64,000 nt of DNA, from contig NZ_JBMYXF010000011.1 of NCBI RefSeq assembly GCF_049608145.1, forward strand, positions 3,955 to 67,954, written 5' to 3'. How positions within the stretch are numbered: the stretch's first letter is position 1; each line of letters opens with the position of its first letter. Shown here in pieces: positions 19,387-28,976 of the stretch. A model generated the notes under the pieces. That model was given only the letters and a program-made list of their open reading frames with translations, searched no databases and was not told where the DNA came from. The position numbers and the translations under genes are program-made. The DNA is from Halocynthiibacter sp. (GTDB taxonomy: Bacteria; Pseudomonadota; Alphaproteobacteria; Rhodobacterales; Rhodobacteraceae).

Positions 19387-19599
19387 ATGATGCCTGCCAA
19401 TGATACCTATTTTGACCTATACACCACCCTTGACCTTAAGCTGAACGATATCGCCGGAACGGTTTCCGCGCTTGAAATCGTCACAGAAGAATTCGACGGT
19501 ATCCCGACGCGGGATCTCGAAACGCGCCGTTTGCGCGGCACGATCAGCGCCCTGACCAAAAGCCTCACCCTTCAAGTGAAGGAGGCGCAGAATGTCTGA
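19387..19599 (+). CDS. Small 70-aa c4-controlled protein (icd/kil position)
   Basis: AGGAGG RBS overlapping target a2; stop overlaps helicase start. Confidence 0.7.
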   Translation: MMPANDTYFDLYTTLDLKLNDIAGTVSALEIVTEEFDGIPTRDLETRRLRGTISALTKSLTLQVKEAQNV

Positions 19600-21469
19600 A
19601 GATGGCCTGAACAATGTGCGCAAGGCGTTTGAAAACCCAGAAATGGTTGAGCCTGTGGAAGGCTTGCTGCCACGACCAGAGGATGAACCGGAAGCAGGGC
19701 AGGGCGCAGGCGCACCACCCCACACCCCGGACTATGATGATATCGATCCATATGATTTTGTCCCTGAAATGGATGGGGCAAAACTGCCCTTGAATGATGT
19801 TGGCAATGGCCAGCGGTTTGCTTTGTATTGCGGCGAGAATGCCAAATATGTGCCGCGTGTCGGTTGGCATATCTGGGATGGTCGCCGCTGGAAGTTGGAC
19901 CCAGACGGCATCGAAGTGCGCCGCCTCGGTCAGACCATTCATGAACGCATTAACGCTGAAATCCCGTTTGTGCCGCTGAATGGTGGCGAGATGCGCAAGC
20001 AGCAGAAGCTTGAGAATATTCGAGAGCAGCTGAACGGTGAAATTGATGCTGAGCGCAAAAAAGAGCTGGAAGAAGAAAAGGCGTCTTTGACGTCTGATCT
20101 GTGGGGCAAGGGTTCCACCAGACAACGGCACCTGACATTCGCAAACTCATCCGGCAATAACGGCAAAATCAAATGCATGCTGGAAGAAACAGTCACCAGT
20201 CTGCACTGCCTTGTTGAGGATCTCGACGCGGACCCAATGACGGTGAACACGGAAAGCGGCTTGCTGCGGTTCTCGGTCGAAGTGGATGAACATGACGCGG
20301 CCTTTACGCCAGCTGGTCAGCCAGCGCCAAAGCGTGCGGGTGTTGTTGAGTTGCCGCATGAGCGCGAAGTGTCGATCGCTGGCAAGAACCGCCCGCAATA
20401 CATTACAAAAATGATGCCTGTGGAATATGACCCATCGGCCACCTGTCCGAAGTTTGACGCGTTTCTTGAACGCATCATGCCGGATAAGGAAGACCGCGAA
20501 TTTCTTGCGCGCTGGTTTGGGCTGTCCATGTCAGCACTGCCGATTCAAAAGTTCCTATATTGCTATGGCATGGGGGCAAACGGTAAGTCATTGCTGACCA
20601 ACCTGATGCGCCGCATGCTGGGCGATTACGCCACGATGGTGAAGATCGAAAGCCTGACGGGCAAGAACCGCAAATCTGGTTCTGATGCCACGCCTGATCT
20701 GTTTCGTTTGATTGGTGCCCGTGCGGCGCTGACCAATGAGCCGGAAGAGGGTGAGCGCCTGCAGGAACAGAAGGTCAAAGAGATGACTGGTGGCGATGAA
20801 ATGCTGGTGCGCACGCTGCATTCTGATTTCGTTGAATTCACGCCGTATTTCAAGCTGACCTTCACCGGCAACCATAAGCTGGATATCCGGGGCACGGATG
20901 ATGGTATCTGGCGGCGTCCGCTGCTGATGCCCTTTGATGTTCAGATCCCGGCGCATGAACGTGACGAGATGCTTGGCGACAAGCTGTTTGACGAAGAACG
21001 CAACGGAATCCTGAACTGGATGATTGCGGGTCTGAAGGACTATCTGGAAGGTGGGTTGCAAGAACCTGAGAAGGTTGTCCTGGCGACCGAAGAATATCGC
21101 AAAGACAGCGACCCGGTTGGTGATTTCCTTGCCACGGGTTGTGTGATGGATGGTCAAGGTGACTTCCTTCGCGCGCGTGACTTCGTGGATGCCTGTTATC
21201 TGTATTTGCTTGAAAACACGTCACATGCTTGGCAACCGGGAAACCTCCAGCGCAAATTGAAAGAGCGGGCGGGCAAATATATGCACCCGGCCAGCAGAAA
21301 GTCCTATACGCGACACAAGCGCAATGGGAACTGGGGATACACAGGCGTTCGATTGACTGCAGATATGCAGGCGCGCCTTGATGCGGCTCCGCGAGACCAA
21401 AAGGGTCTTCCGATGTTACGAAATGATGACGACGACGGGTCGTCGTCCAGCGGACACCACCCGTTGTGA
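19592..21469 (+). CDS. P4-family D5-type primase/helicase (SF3)
   Basis: D5_N motif NDVGNGQRF..WDGRRW, Walker A GMGANGKS, TGNHK, DDGIWRR. Confidence 0.92.
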   Translation: MSEDGLNNVRKAFENPEMVEPVEGLLPRPEDEPEAGQGAGAPPHTPDYDDIDPYDFVPEMDGAKLPLNDVGNGQRFALYCGENAKYVPRVGWHIWDGRRWKLDPDGIEVRRLGQTIHERINAEIPFVPLNGGEMRKQQKLENIREQLNGEIDAERKKELEEEKASLTSDLWGKGSTRQRHLTFANSSGNNGKIKCMLEETVTSLHCLVEDLDADPMTVNTESGLLRFSVEVDEHDAAFTPAGQPAPKRAGVVELPHEREVSIAGKNRPQYITKMMPVEYDPSATCPKFDAFLERIMPDKEDREFLARWFGLSMSALPIQKFLYCYGMGANGKSLLTNLMRRMLGDYATMVKIESLTGKNRKSGSDATPDLFRLIGARAALTNEPEEGERLQEQKVKEMTGGDEMLVRTLHSDFVEFTPYFKLTFTGNHKLDIRGTDDGIWRRPLLMPFDVQIPAHERDEMLGDKLFDEERNGILNWMIAGLKDYLEGGLQEPEKVVLATEEYRKDSDPVGDFLATGCVMDGQGDFLRARDFVDACYLYLLENTSHAWQPGNLQRKLKERAGKYMHPASRKSYTRHKRNGNWGYTGVRLTADMQARLDAAPRDQKGLPMLRNDDDDGSSSSGHHPL

Positions 21470-21539
21470 TGTGCCGGGCGGCATATTCAAGTCAAAGCGC
21501 CGCCCGCACCCCGCACCCCTACATTCTAATTCGATTGAT

Positions 21540-21865
21540 TTCGGGGCAGGTCTCAAAGTTCTGCCCCGTTTTGGGGCGTATCTTCAAGAATACTCCCTTA
21601 GAAAATTACACGTATTTACAATCGTTTGCGGTTGTTTTGGGGCGCTTGGGGCGCATAGGGCAGAACTTGGCGGGGTTCGCGCGTGCGTGTATCTTCCGGG
21701 GTCTGGGGGAAATAAGCCTCACGTGTAAGTCACATATTTGTGCCCTATGCGCCCCGCGCGCCCCGCCTTGCGTTTTTCTTGCGCGTTTTCAGATGGTTAC
21801 AACTTCGAATATGCCAGCATAGTTCTGCCCCGTTTTTCCGAGTTCTGCCCCAAGCGCCCCAACCT
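21540..21865. repeat. Iteron-like repeat cluster, candidate replication origin
   Basis: AGTTCTGCCCC at ~21557, 21821, 21841, inverted GGGCAGAACT 21658-21667; multiple GGGGCG/CGCCCC. Confidence 0.6.
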
Positions 21866-21935
21866 TCACAAACAACTTCTACATCTTGTTTAAAAAAACA
21901 ACGAAACAACAATATCTTGAATTGAGAGAGTAGCG

Positions 21936-22709
21936 ATGAAACAAAAAGCGGTAAGCCAAGCCTGTTGCACTGATAAAAAGGGGGTAAAGTTCCCAGCTCA
22001 TCTCTGTTGCCATGTTTGCCGCAAACGGGCGGCTAAGGTTGAACGGTTGCGCATAATCGCGGTTGGCACTGCGCCAGACACATGTAGTCAGGAATTGCCG
22101 GTCGCGCCGGGCCGTGGCGAGGTTGTTCCCTTTCGTGAAGTTCAGGTCTTGTCGAAGGGGGAGGGTGACTTTGAATTGTCGACCATGCCGTATCGCAGTG
22201 GCTGCCCTGGGCGCGCGCGTGATATCTTTGACGTCATGACCGAACAGGCCACACGGCGAAAGGGCGGCGTTGTCCCATTCACTGCAGCGCAAGTGGAAAT
22301 CGCCCGCGACTACCGGGATCTCTGCGAACGGATTGAGGGCTCTGGCATCAAGTGTTCCAGCACCTTTAGTGATCATATTGGTGGGCAAGGTAAGGTTGAT
22401 TTCATGGACGCCTATATGCGCGACACAGAACGCCTTGCTTTGTTTCGCGCGGCCATTGGTGAGGGTCTGGCAATGGAAACGAAGCGCCGGGTTGCGGCCA
22501 ATGTGGCGGGTATCAAGGTTGGCGACATTCAATTACGCGAGATTGGGCGCAAGATGATCACGTCCACTGTGCTTGTCGATATGGTGTGTATCGCAGAAAA
22601 GCCCCTCAGCGGCGTGTTAGAAGCCCATGGCTGGCGTGCGACCGGAAAAAACAGAATGACGCTTCGTGCGGCTCTCTGTGCCGCTCTAGGGCGCATGCAA
22701 GGGGTTTGA
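21936..22709 (+). CDS. Phage protein, candidate late-gene regulator
   Basis: C-terminal HTH-like LVDMVCIAEKPLSGVLEAHGW..LRAALCAAL; directly precedes late promoter; start uncertain. Confidence 0.6.
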   Translation: MKQKAVSQACCTDKKGVKFPAHLCCHVCRKRAAKVERLRIIAVGTAPDTCSQELPVAPGRGEVVPFREVQVLSKGEGDFELSTMPYRSGCPGRARDIFDVMTEQATRRKGGVVPFTAAQVEIARDYRDLCERIEGSGIKCSSTFSDHIGGQGKVDFMDAYMRDTERLALFRAAIGEGLAMETKRRVAANVAGIKVGDIQLREIGRKMITSTVLVDMVCIAEKPLSGVLEAHGWRATGKNRMTLRAALCAALGRMQGV

Positions 22710-22718
22710 GAAAGGGTG

Positions 22719-22802
22719 TTGACAGTTAGGACCACCGGATTTAACTGTATACCTATCATCACGAAATGCGCCCACGGGAAACCGGCGGGCGTTTTTGCTT
22801 TT
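22719..22802 (+). promoter_or_regulatory. Late promoter followed by terminator (pR'/tR'-like)
   Basis: TTGACA 22719; inverted repeat ACAGTTA-N13-TAACTGT; hairpin CGCCC..GGGCG followed by TTTTTGCTTTT. Confidence 0.6.
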
Positions 22803-22939
22803 GTAGATGTCAATTTGTCTGAAAAGAACTGCTTTGAGTGGATGGATCTAACCAATCCAACTGAGGAGGTGCGCCATGTATCGCGGGGTAATGCTCGCAG
22901 GGCAGGATCTGCCTGATAGCTTATGAAGCGAGGTGTTCA

Positions 22940-23509
22940 ATGTTCAAAGTTGGTGAGGTTGACGTCAAAGGCTTGAAGCAATTCGACAATTTGTTGGGGG
23001 CTTTGGGGGAGAAACCTGCCCGTGAAGTAATCAATAGGGCGTTAAATCGCACTGGGGATATGGCGCGCACGAAGGTTGTTCGGGAACTTTCCAAGCAAAC
23101 AGGCTTGCCGCAAAAGACCATCCGTAAAGCTGTGAAGGTCGATAGGTCGTCATGGCAAGATTTGGAGTATCGCCTGACGGCATCGGGCGGCAACGTGTCA
23201 CTGAAATACTTCAAAGCGCGCGAAACCCTGCGGGGCGTGACTGCCAATGTGCGTGGTAAGCGTGAATTGTTTGAAGGATCATTCATCAAGGGTGGTAGCT
23301 TTGATCGTGGCCGTGTCGTTGCGCAGGGATTGAATGGTCATGTCTTCCAACGCATCGGTGGTCGCACTGAATTAGAAAAGCTGAAGTCAGGTGTGTTCAT
23401 CCCAATCGAGATGGTTGAAGGCGCAACGGCCAAAGCTTTTGATGATGTGGTGTCGAACGTTCTGCCACGCCGCCTTGACCATGAAATCAACCGCCTGATC
23501 AAAGCATAA
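22940..23509 (+). CDS. Lambda gpZ-like phage protein
   Basis: RALNRTG..ART...RELS, HVFQRIG, RLDHEINRL. Confidence 0.7.
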   Translation: MFKVGEVDVKGLKQFDNLLGALGEKPAREVINRALNRTGDMARTKVVRELSKQTGLPQKTIRKAVKVDRSSWQDLEYRLTASGGNVSLKYFKARETLRGVTANVRGKRELFEGSFIKGGSFDRGRVVAQGLNGHVFQRIGGRTELEKLKSGVFIPIEMVEGATAKAFDDVVSNVLPRRLDHEINRLIKA

Positions 23510-23519
23510 ATGCTAAGTA

Positions 23520-23678
23520 AGCGGCCCCCAAAAACTTAGGGACCGTAGATCTATTCTGCCGCACGCGGGGCGTGAGCTGCCCGAGGGTTCGCCAGTCAGA
23601 CGGGTTTTGTGAAGCGTCAACAAACTGGGGGCGTGTCAACAACATCCTGTCAACAAACCTGTAAGGGTGGTGTCAACA
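23520..23678 (+). other. Candidate cos/packaging region
   Basis: GC-rich non-coding segment then four GTCAACA repeats (23616, 23635, 23649, 23672) before terS. Confidence 0.55.
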
Positions 23679-24364
23679 TGCAGCCTCAACTTCTGACAAA
23701 GGCAAAGTTTGCAGAGCATATGGGGGTTTCTCGATTTGCAGTCAGTAAATGGTTGGAGCGGGGAACGATTACTTCTGCGGCTTTGGTTGGGGAAGGACGC
23801 AAGGCTAAGATCAATGTTACTTTGGCCGTTGAGCAAGTGCGACAAAACCGAGATATCGGGCAGTCACTTGGGAATGGGATTGAAACGCGGACGTCGACCG
23901 AGGCGGTTGCGGATGAGAAGGCGGTGCCGACTGAGGTTCAACCTGATCTTTTGCCCGTTAAACCCGAGGCCGTGGCTGTTGAACCGCCCGCAGCCCCGAC
24001 ACAAAAGCAACCAAAGATTGATACCGTTGAAGACCAGCTGAAGCGCGCGCGGTTGGAAGAACAACACCGCAAGAACCGCATTGGTGCTTCTGAAGAAGCA
24101 CTCCAGCAGGGCTTGCTGATGTCGTCGGATGATGCGCGCGAACAAATGTCCCGTGTGGCGGGCATGATGTTGCAGATTTTTGAAGGTGCATTGACTGATT
24201 TTGCCGCGATCACCGCGTCACAGTTCAACGTGCCGCAACGCGATGTTTTGCATACGCTAAAGAATGAGTTTCGGAAGGTTCGCAAGGCCGCGACCCAAAA
24301 GGAACAGGCGCGGATCACGGAATTAGAGAAGGCCACGATGACCTCTGTAGAATTGGATGGGTGA
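23678..24364 (+). CDS. Terminase small subunit
   Basis: N-terminal wHTH TKAKFAEHMGVSRFAVSKW; coiled coil; precedes terL. Confidence 0.8.
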   Translation: MQPQLLTKAKFAEHMGVSRFAVSKWLERGTITSAALVGEGRKAKINVTLAVEQVRQNRDIGQSLGNGIETRTSTEAVADEKAVPTEVQPDLLPVKPEAVAVEPPAAPTQKQPKIDTVEDQLKRARLEEQHRKNRIGASEEALQQGLLMSSDDAREQMSRVAGMMLQIFEGALTDFAAITASQFNVPQRDVLHTLKNEFRKVRKAATQKEQARITELEKATMTSVELDG

Positions 24365-26316
24365 TGCTAGATATCGCAGTCACAAACGCGGAATGGATGC
24401 TGCATGACGTCTTGGCTGATGTGTTGGATCCACCGCCGCCAGTCGACTACCTGAAATGGGCAGAAGACAACATTGTGTTCTCGGAGCGTGAAAGCGAGTT
24501 TTCCGGCCCTTATAACCGTGAACGCTTTCGCTATTTCGACGAAATACTGAGGGCTCTGTCACCAGAGGATGCATGTCGCCTGATTTCACTGGCAAAATCC
24601 GCGCAGCTTGGTGGTACGGTGCTTGCGAACATCTTCACAGGTGGTTCCATGGAAATGGATCCCGGTGATATTCTCTATGTCCACCCGACTGAAGAGAACG
24701 CGCGGCGTTGGTCGAAGATGAAACTGTCGCCGATGTTGAAAGGCACGACGTCTCTTCGCAATATCTTTCCGATGAAAGCCCGCGATGGGCAGGATTCTGT
24801 AACCTATAAAGAGCGCCGCGATGGTCGCGGTGCCATTCTGATTTCTGGTGCGAACTCGCCCGCGTCACTTTCGCAGGTATCCATGAGCCGACAAGTTCAG
24901 GATGACCTTGCAAAATGGGATATGAACTCGGCTGGGGATCCTGAGAACCAAGCTGACAGCCGCAGCCAGGGCCGTGAGTTTGCCAAGATTTTCAAGATCT
25001 CGACGCCAATGGTTATTCCAGGCTGTCGCATCACTACAAACTTTGAGGCCGGGAGCCAAGAATACCCCTATGTTCCATGCCCGCATTGTGGGCACATGCA
25101 TGTGCTTGAATGGGAGAACATGTTCCAAAACTTGGATGAAGATCATCCAGAGAAAGCGCATTTTAATTGCCCTGAATGTGGGTGCGTAATTGAAGACCAC
25201 CACCGCGCCGAAATGATCCCATATGTTGAGTGGCGGGCGTCCAATCCAAAAATGAAGCGGTTCCACCGTTCGTTTTATCTGTGGTCTGCTTATTCGCCGT
25301 TGCAATCATTTGAGCGTATCGCGCGTTCTTGGCTGGCTGCCAAGGGCGATCCGCTGAAAGAACAGACATTTTGGAATGACGTTGTCGGTAAGGCTTATCG
25401 GATTCTTGGTGAATCTCCACCATGGGAGGATCTTCGGGACCGGGCATCTGAGGCCGATTATGATCACGGCACAATTCCAGCGGGCTATCCGTTGTTGACT
25501 TGTGGAGTGGATTGCCAAGGGGATCGTGTTGAATGGCAGGTGGTTGCCTGGGGGCCAAACAAGCGCCGGGCCGTGGTGGAATACGGCGTCTACAACGGGC
25601 ATATCTCCGATGAGATCTGCCAGTCAAACCTGAATGCATTGCTGAAACAAGGCTTTCGGAATGCTTATGGTCGCAAGATCAAGATTGATCTTCTGGCGAT
25701 AGATGGCAATGCCTACACCGAGGACGTTTGGGATTGGGCGCGCAAGCATCCAGCAGGTCGGGTGATCATGGTGCGCGGTGTGCATCCTGAAAGCGCGCCT
25801 TTGCTGGCGCAGGTGAAAAAAGAGCGCAACCGGCGCGGCAAGATTGTTCGCTATTCAAAGCGTTTTTACAACTTTGCATCTGCGGTCATGAAGATGGCTC
25901 TGTATCGCAATCTGAAGAAAGAGGATCCGCTAGAGCGTGGATTTATTGGCTTGCCGAGAGGTTTGGACGATGAGTTTTATCGCCAGATTACGGCGGAATC
26001 CCGGCAGGCTGTAAAAGCCAAGTCGGGGTTCACACGTTATCTTTGGGTGAAAGATCCTAGCCAGGCAAACGAAGGCTTGGACACGCATTTGCAGGCTGAA
26101 GCCGCAGCCACACGATTGGGGGTTCGCAGCCTCCCAGATGCGGAGTGGGAACGCTTAATGGCGGAACGTGAATGCCCGCCAGAAGATGTTCAGGCAGATT
26201 TTGACGATTTACTTTTGGCCACGCAGATCAATGTGGCGGCTGACGTACAAGATGAACCGCAGAATGATCCGGATGCTGAGAAGAAACGCATTCAGAACAA
26301 ATGGAGGAAGAGATAG
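24361..26316 (+). CDS. Terminase large subunit, gpA family
   Basis: KSAQLGGT, GANSPASL, ISTP, CPHC..CPEC, GVDCQ, NEGLD. Confidence 0.95.
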   Translation: MMLDIAVTNAEWMLHDVLADVLDPPPPVDYLKWAEDNIVFSERESEFSGPYNRERFRYFDEILRALSPEDACRLISLAKSAQLGGTVLANIFTGGSMEMDPGDILYVHPTEENARRWSKMKLSPMLKGTTSLRNIFPMKARDGQDSVTYKERRDGRGAILISGANSPASLSQVSMSRQVQDDLAKWDMNSAGDPENQADSRSQGREFAKIFKISTPMVIPGCRITTNFEAGSQEYPYVPCPHCGHMHVLEWENMFQNLDEDHPEKAHFNCPECGCVIEDHHRAEMIPYVEWRASNPKMKRFHRSFYLWSAYSPLQSFERIARSWLAAKGDPLKEQTFWNDVVGKAYRILGESPPWEDLRDRASEADYDHGTIPAGYPLLTCGVDCQGDRVEWQVVAWGPNKRRAVVEYGVYNGHISDEICQSNLNALLKQGFRNAYGRKIKIDLLAIDGNAYTEDVWDWARKHPAGRVIMVRGVHPESAPLLAQVKKERNRRGKIVRYSKRFYNFASAVMKMALYRNLKKEDPLERGFIGLPRGLDDEFYRQITAESRQAVKAKSGFTRYLWVKDPSQANEGLDTHLQAEAAATRLGVRSLPDAEWERLMAERECPPEDVQADFDDLLLATQINVAADVQDEPQNDPDAEKKRIQNKWRKR

Positions 26317-26318
26317 CT

Positions 26319-27902
26319 GTGACTGGCCTAATTCGACCTGATGGGACGCCATTGGTGGCATCCTCTGCTGCCAATCGCACGACAGCTCGCTATTTGCGGG
26401 ACACAAAAAGCGGCGCCATTGCATCTCGCGTTGCACCATTGACCAACAGCCGGGATGATATTCGCCGGGCATGGTCGCGCAGTGCGGGCCTTGCGATGGA
26501 TTTGATTCAGAACTCAGGTCGCCTGAAAGGGGCTTGTGATCAAGTCATTGCCGACACAGTTGGGGTTGGTCTTACATTGACGCCGGACCCTGATTTGACG
26601 GGCTTGGGTTATGATGATGCGGAAAAGGCTGCTTTCATCCGGTTGCTAAAACGCCGTTGGAAAGCTTATTGGCTCGACAAAAAAGAATGCGACATGCGCG
26701 GCAAACTAAATGGCCCGCAGATGGTTGATATTGCCCTGCGTTGGGACATTGCATTTGGGGAAGTCACAGGGGTTTTTGATTTCTTTGATGACGCTGATCG
26801 CAGCCATTACGGCATTACGACGGGCACAAAACTGTGCATGGTATCGCCGCAAAAACTGGTTCAGGAGACAAGCACGCATGACGGGTTGTTTCAGGGGGTC
26901 CGTCATGATGGCAAGGGCCGTCCGGTTTCTTATCGTTTTGAAACCAATTCAGATGGTGTGAAATCTAAGCGGGATTATGCAGCGTTTGATACCGATGGTC
27001 GGCCAATGGTTTTGCATGTCTTTGACCCGATGGATGCAGATGATGTGCGCGGGATCTCAAAGCTGGCACCAGCGTTTCGCAAGCATATCCAAGCGGAAAT
27101 GTTGGATGATGCAACGCTGCAAATGGCGCTGCTGCAAACGATTTTCGCCATTACGATCACCAGCGACACGCCAAGTGCGGACGCATATGAGGCGTTGGAG
27201 GTCTTAAAAGAGCAGGGCGATGATGGTGTCGCATTTGGTAAGGAATATCTGGGGTATTTGTCCGGCAGTTTGGGGGCCGCTGCTGACAGCCGGATTTCGG
27301 TTGGTGCTGATCCTCAGGTGTCTCATTTAGGACCAGGGGAAAAACTAGCCTTAGAAACCGCAAATGTGCCAGGCAAAGACTTCCTGCCATTCTCAAATAG
27401 CTTGGCGCGCGACATGGCGCGGACAATCGGTTGTTCCTACGGTGGCCTAACCATGGATTACACCGCCGCAACATATTCCAGTGTCCGGATGGAGAACTCA
27501 TCGATCTGGTCTGTTGTGATGCGTCGGCGTGAACGTACCGCGGCCCCGATTTGTCAGATGTCATATGAAAACTGGCTTGATGAAGAAATCGGCGAGGGGC
27601 GTATCCCGTTTAAAGGAGGCTATGGCGCGTTTCGTGCCAATCGTCGCCGTATCTGCTGCGCGTCATGGCAAGGGCCAGCCAAGCCCACGGCAGATGATTG
27701 GAAGGCTGCGCGGGCATCAAGTGAGCGTTTGGAAAACGGCACAAGTTCAATCGCGATTGAAACCGGGGATCTCGGCGTTGATAGCGATGCACTGTTTGAA
27801 GAACGTGAACGGGAGCACCTGCGTTATTTAAAGGCCGGAATGGATTCACCTTATGCGGCAAAGCCTGATCAGCAGGTTGTGCAAATGGAGGCCGTGGAAT
27901 GA
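26319..27902 (+). CDS. Portal protein, lambda family
   Basis: VRGIS.LAP, DY...TYSSVR, WQGP. Confidence 0.9.
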   Translation: MTGLIRPDGTPLVASSAANRTTARYLRDTKSGAIASRVAPLTNSRDDIRRAWSRSAGLAMDLIQNSGRLKGACDQVIADTVGVGLTLTPDPDLTGLGYDDAEKAAFIRLLKRRWKAYWLDKKECDMRGKLNGPQMVDIALRWDIAFGEVTGVFDFFDDADRSHYGITTGTKLCMVSPQKLVQETSTHDGLFQGVRHDGKGRPVSYRFETNSDGVKSKRDYAAFDTDGRPMVLHVFDPMDADDVRGISKLAPAFRKHIQAEMLDDATLQMALLQTIFAITITSDTPSADAYEALEVLKEQGDDGVAFGKEYLGYLSGSLGAAADSRISVGADPQVSHLGPGEKLALETANVPGKDFLPFSNSLARDMARTIGCSYGGLTMDYTAATYSSVRMENSSIWSVVMRRRERTAAPICQMSYENWLDEEIGEGRIPFKGGYGAFRANRRRICCASWQGPAKPTADDWKAARASSERLENGTSSIAIETGDLGVDSDALFEEREREHLRYLKAGMDSPYAAKPDQQVVQMEAVE

Positions 27903-28174
27903 CGATCACCAGTACGGTCAAAATTGGCACAGATCTGATTGATATTTCTAAGCCTTGCGATGTTGTGACGGCGTTGAAGAAAATGCAGTTGAAGCTGGCG
28001 GTTGGTGGTGTGCGCGAAACAGTGCGCATCGATGGTGAAGAAGTCACGTTCATGCGGGCAAATGATCGTCGCTTGGCTGCGTTGACTACACATTACGAAA
28101 GTGAATGCGCCCGGCAAGGTGGCGGCGCAAAGCGAACCCGTTACGCAAAACGCTTTAGAATAGGGAAGTGCTGA
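27899..28174 (+). CDS. gpW-like head-tail joining protein
   Basis: VRIDGEEVTF..AN...L; size and position. Confidence 0.6.
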   Translation: MTITSTVKIGTDLIDISKPCDVVTALKKMQLKLAVGGVRETVRIDGEEVTFMRANDRRLAALTTHYESECARQGGGAKRTRYAKRFRIGKC

Positions 28175-28931
28175 TGAAGACTCCTATCCAGCGCAAGATG
28201 TTCATACATAGTAAGAACAGTATTGCTAGATACGTCAAAGGGTTTGAATAAGCGTTGGTCCATGTGGCAATCTCGAAATTTGCGCGTGTAATAAGAACAA
28301 ATGACCTAATGGCGAAACATGTCGAAACGATGATGATCCTCATCAATAGGAATATCATTGATGAGATAAAACTCATAAACAAGGATATGGACGAAGCGTC
28401 GGTAATGTCCCTTATTTCCAAGCCGCCTAGCGAGTAAGCAAGACCTCTCGAATAAGGACTTAACAGCACAAAAGAAAGATAAACGGCCAGAAAACTGATA
28501 GCACAAAAAAGTAAATCCAAACTCAATTGAATTATTGGGTGGATATGGTGTGTAGGTCCAAAATAGATCGCTCGACTTATATATAAGTTTACGATCATTA
28601 GCGGGACTGAGCCCAAAATCAGAAAAACCAGAAATGGCGGATTTTCTAGGACACGGTACAGGAACCCTTTGCTAAAGAAATTTCCAACAGAAACGACAAC
28701 CAACGTGGTGAAGATAGAGAGTAAAAATACCTTCGACCATTTTATTTTGGTATCCTGAAAGAATATGCTCACCCAAATTGAAACTAAAGATTTTTCAAAT
28801 TGGGATGCGGAAACCTCGTGTAGGCCGAATACAAAATCTGCGATTTGAATTTTTGATTTTGGCGGCGCCATAGCATCAAGAACAGCAAACACACCAGCGA
28901 CTGAAAGAATGTAATAGATTTCGTTGAACAT
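28155..28931 (-). CDS. AT-rich multi-pass membrane protein (moron)
   Basis: 258-aa hydrophobic ORF opposite to the head operon; RBS AAGG. Confidence 0.7.
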   Translation of the reverse strand: MFNEIYYILSVAGVFAVLDAMAPPKSKIQIADFVFGLHEVSASQFEKSLVSIWVSIFFQDTKIKWSKVFLLSIFTTLVVVSVGNFFSKGFLYRVLENPPFLVFLILGSVPLMIVNLYISRAIYFGPTHHIHPIIQLSLDLLFCAISFLAVYLSFVLLSPYSRGLAYSLGGLEIRDITDASSISLFMSFISSMIFLLMRIIIVSTCFAIRSFVLITRANFEIATWTNAYSNPLTYLAILFLLCMNILRWIGVFISTSLF

Positions 28932-28976
28932 ACAGCTTGTTAAGCCTTCTTTCAGTTCAAATCAATCTTGGAGACA

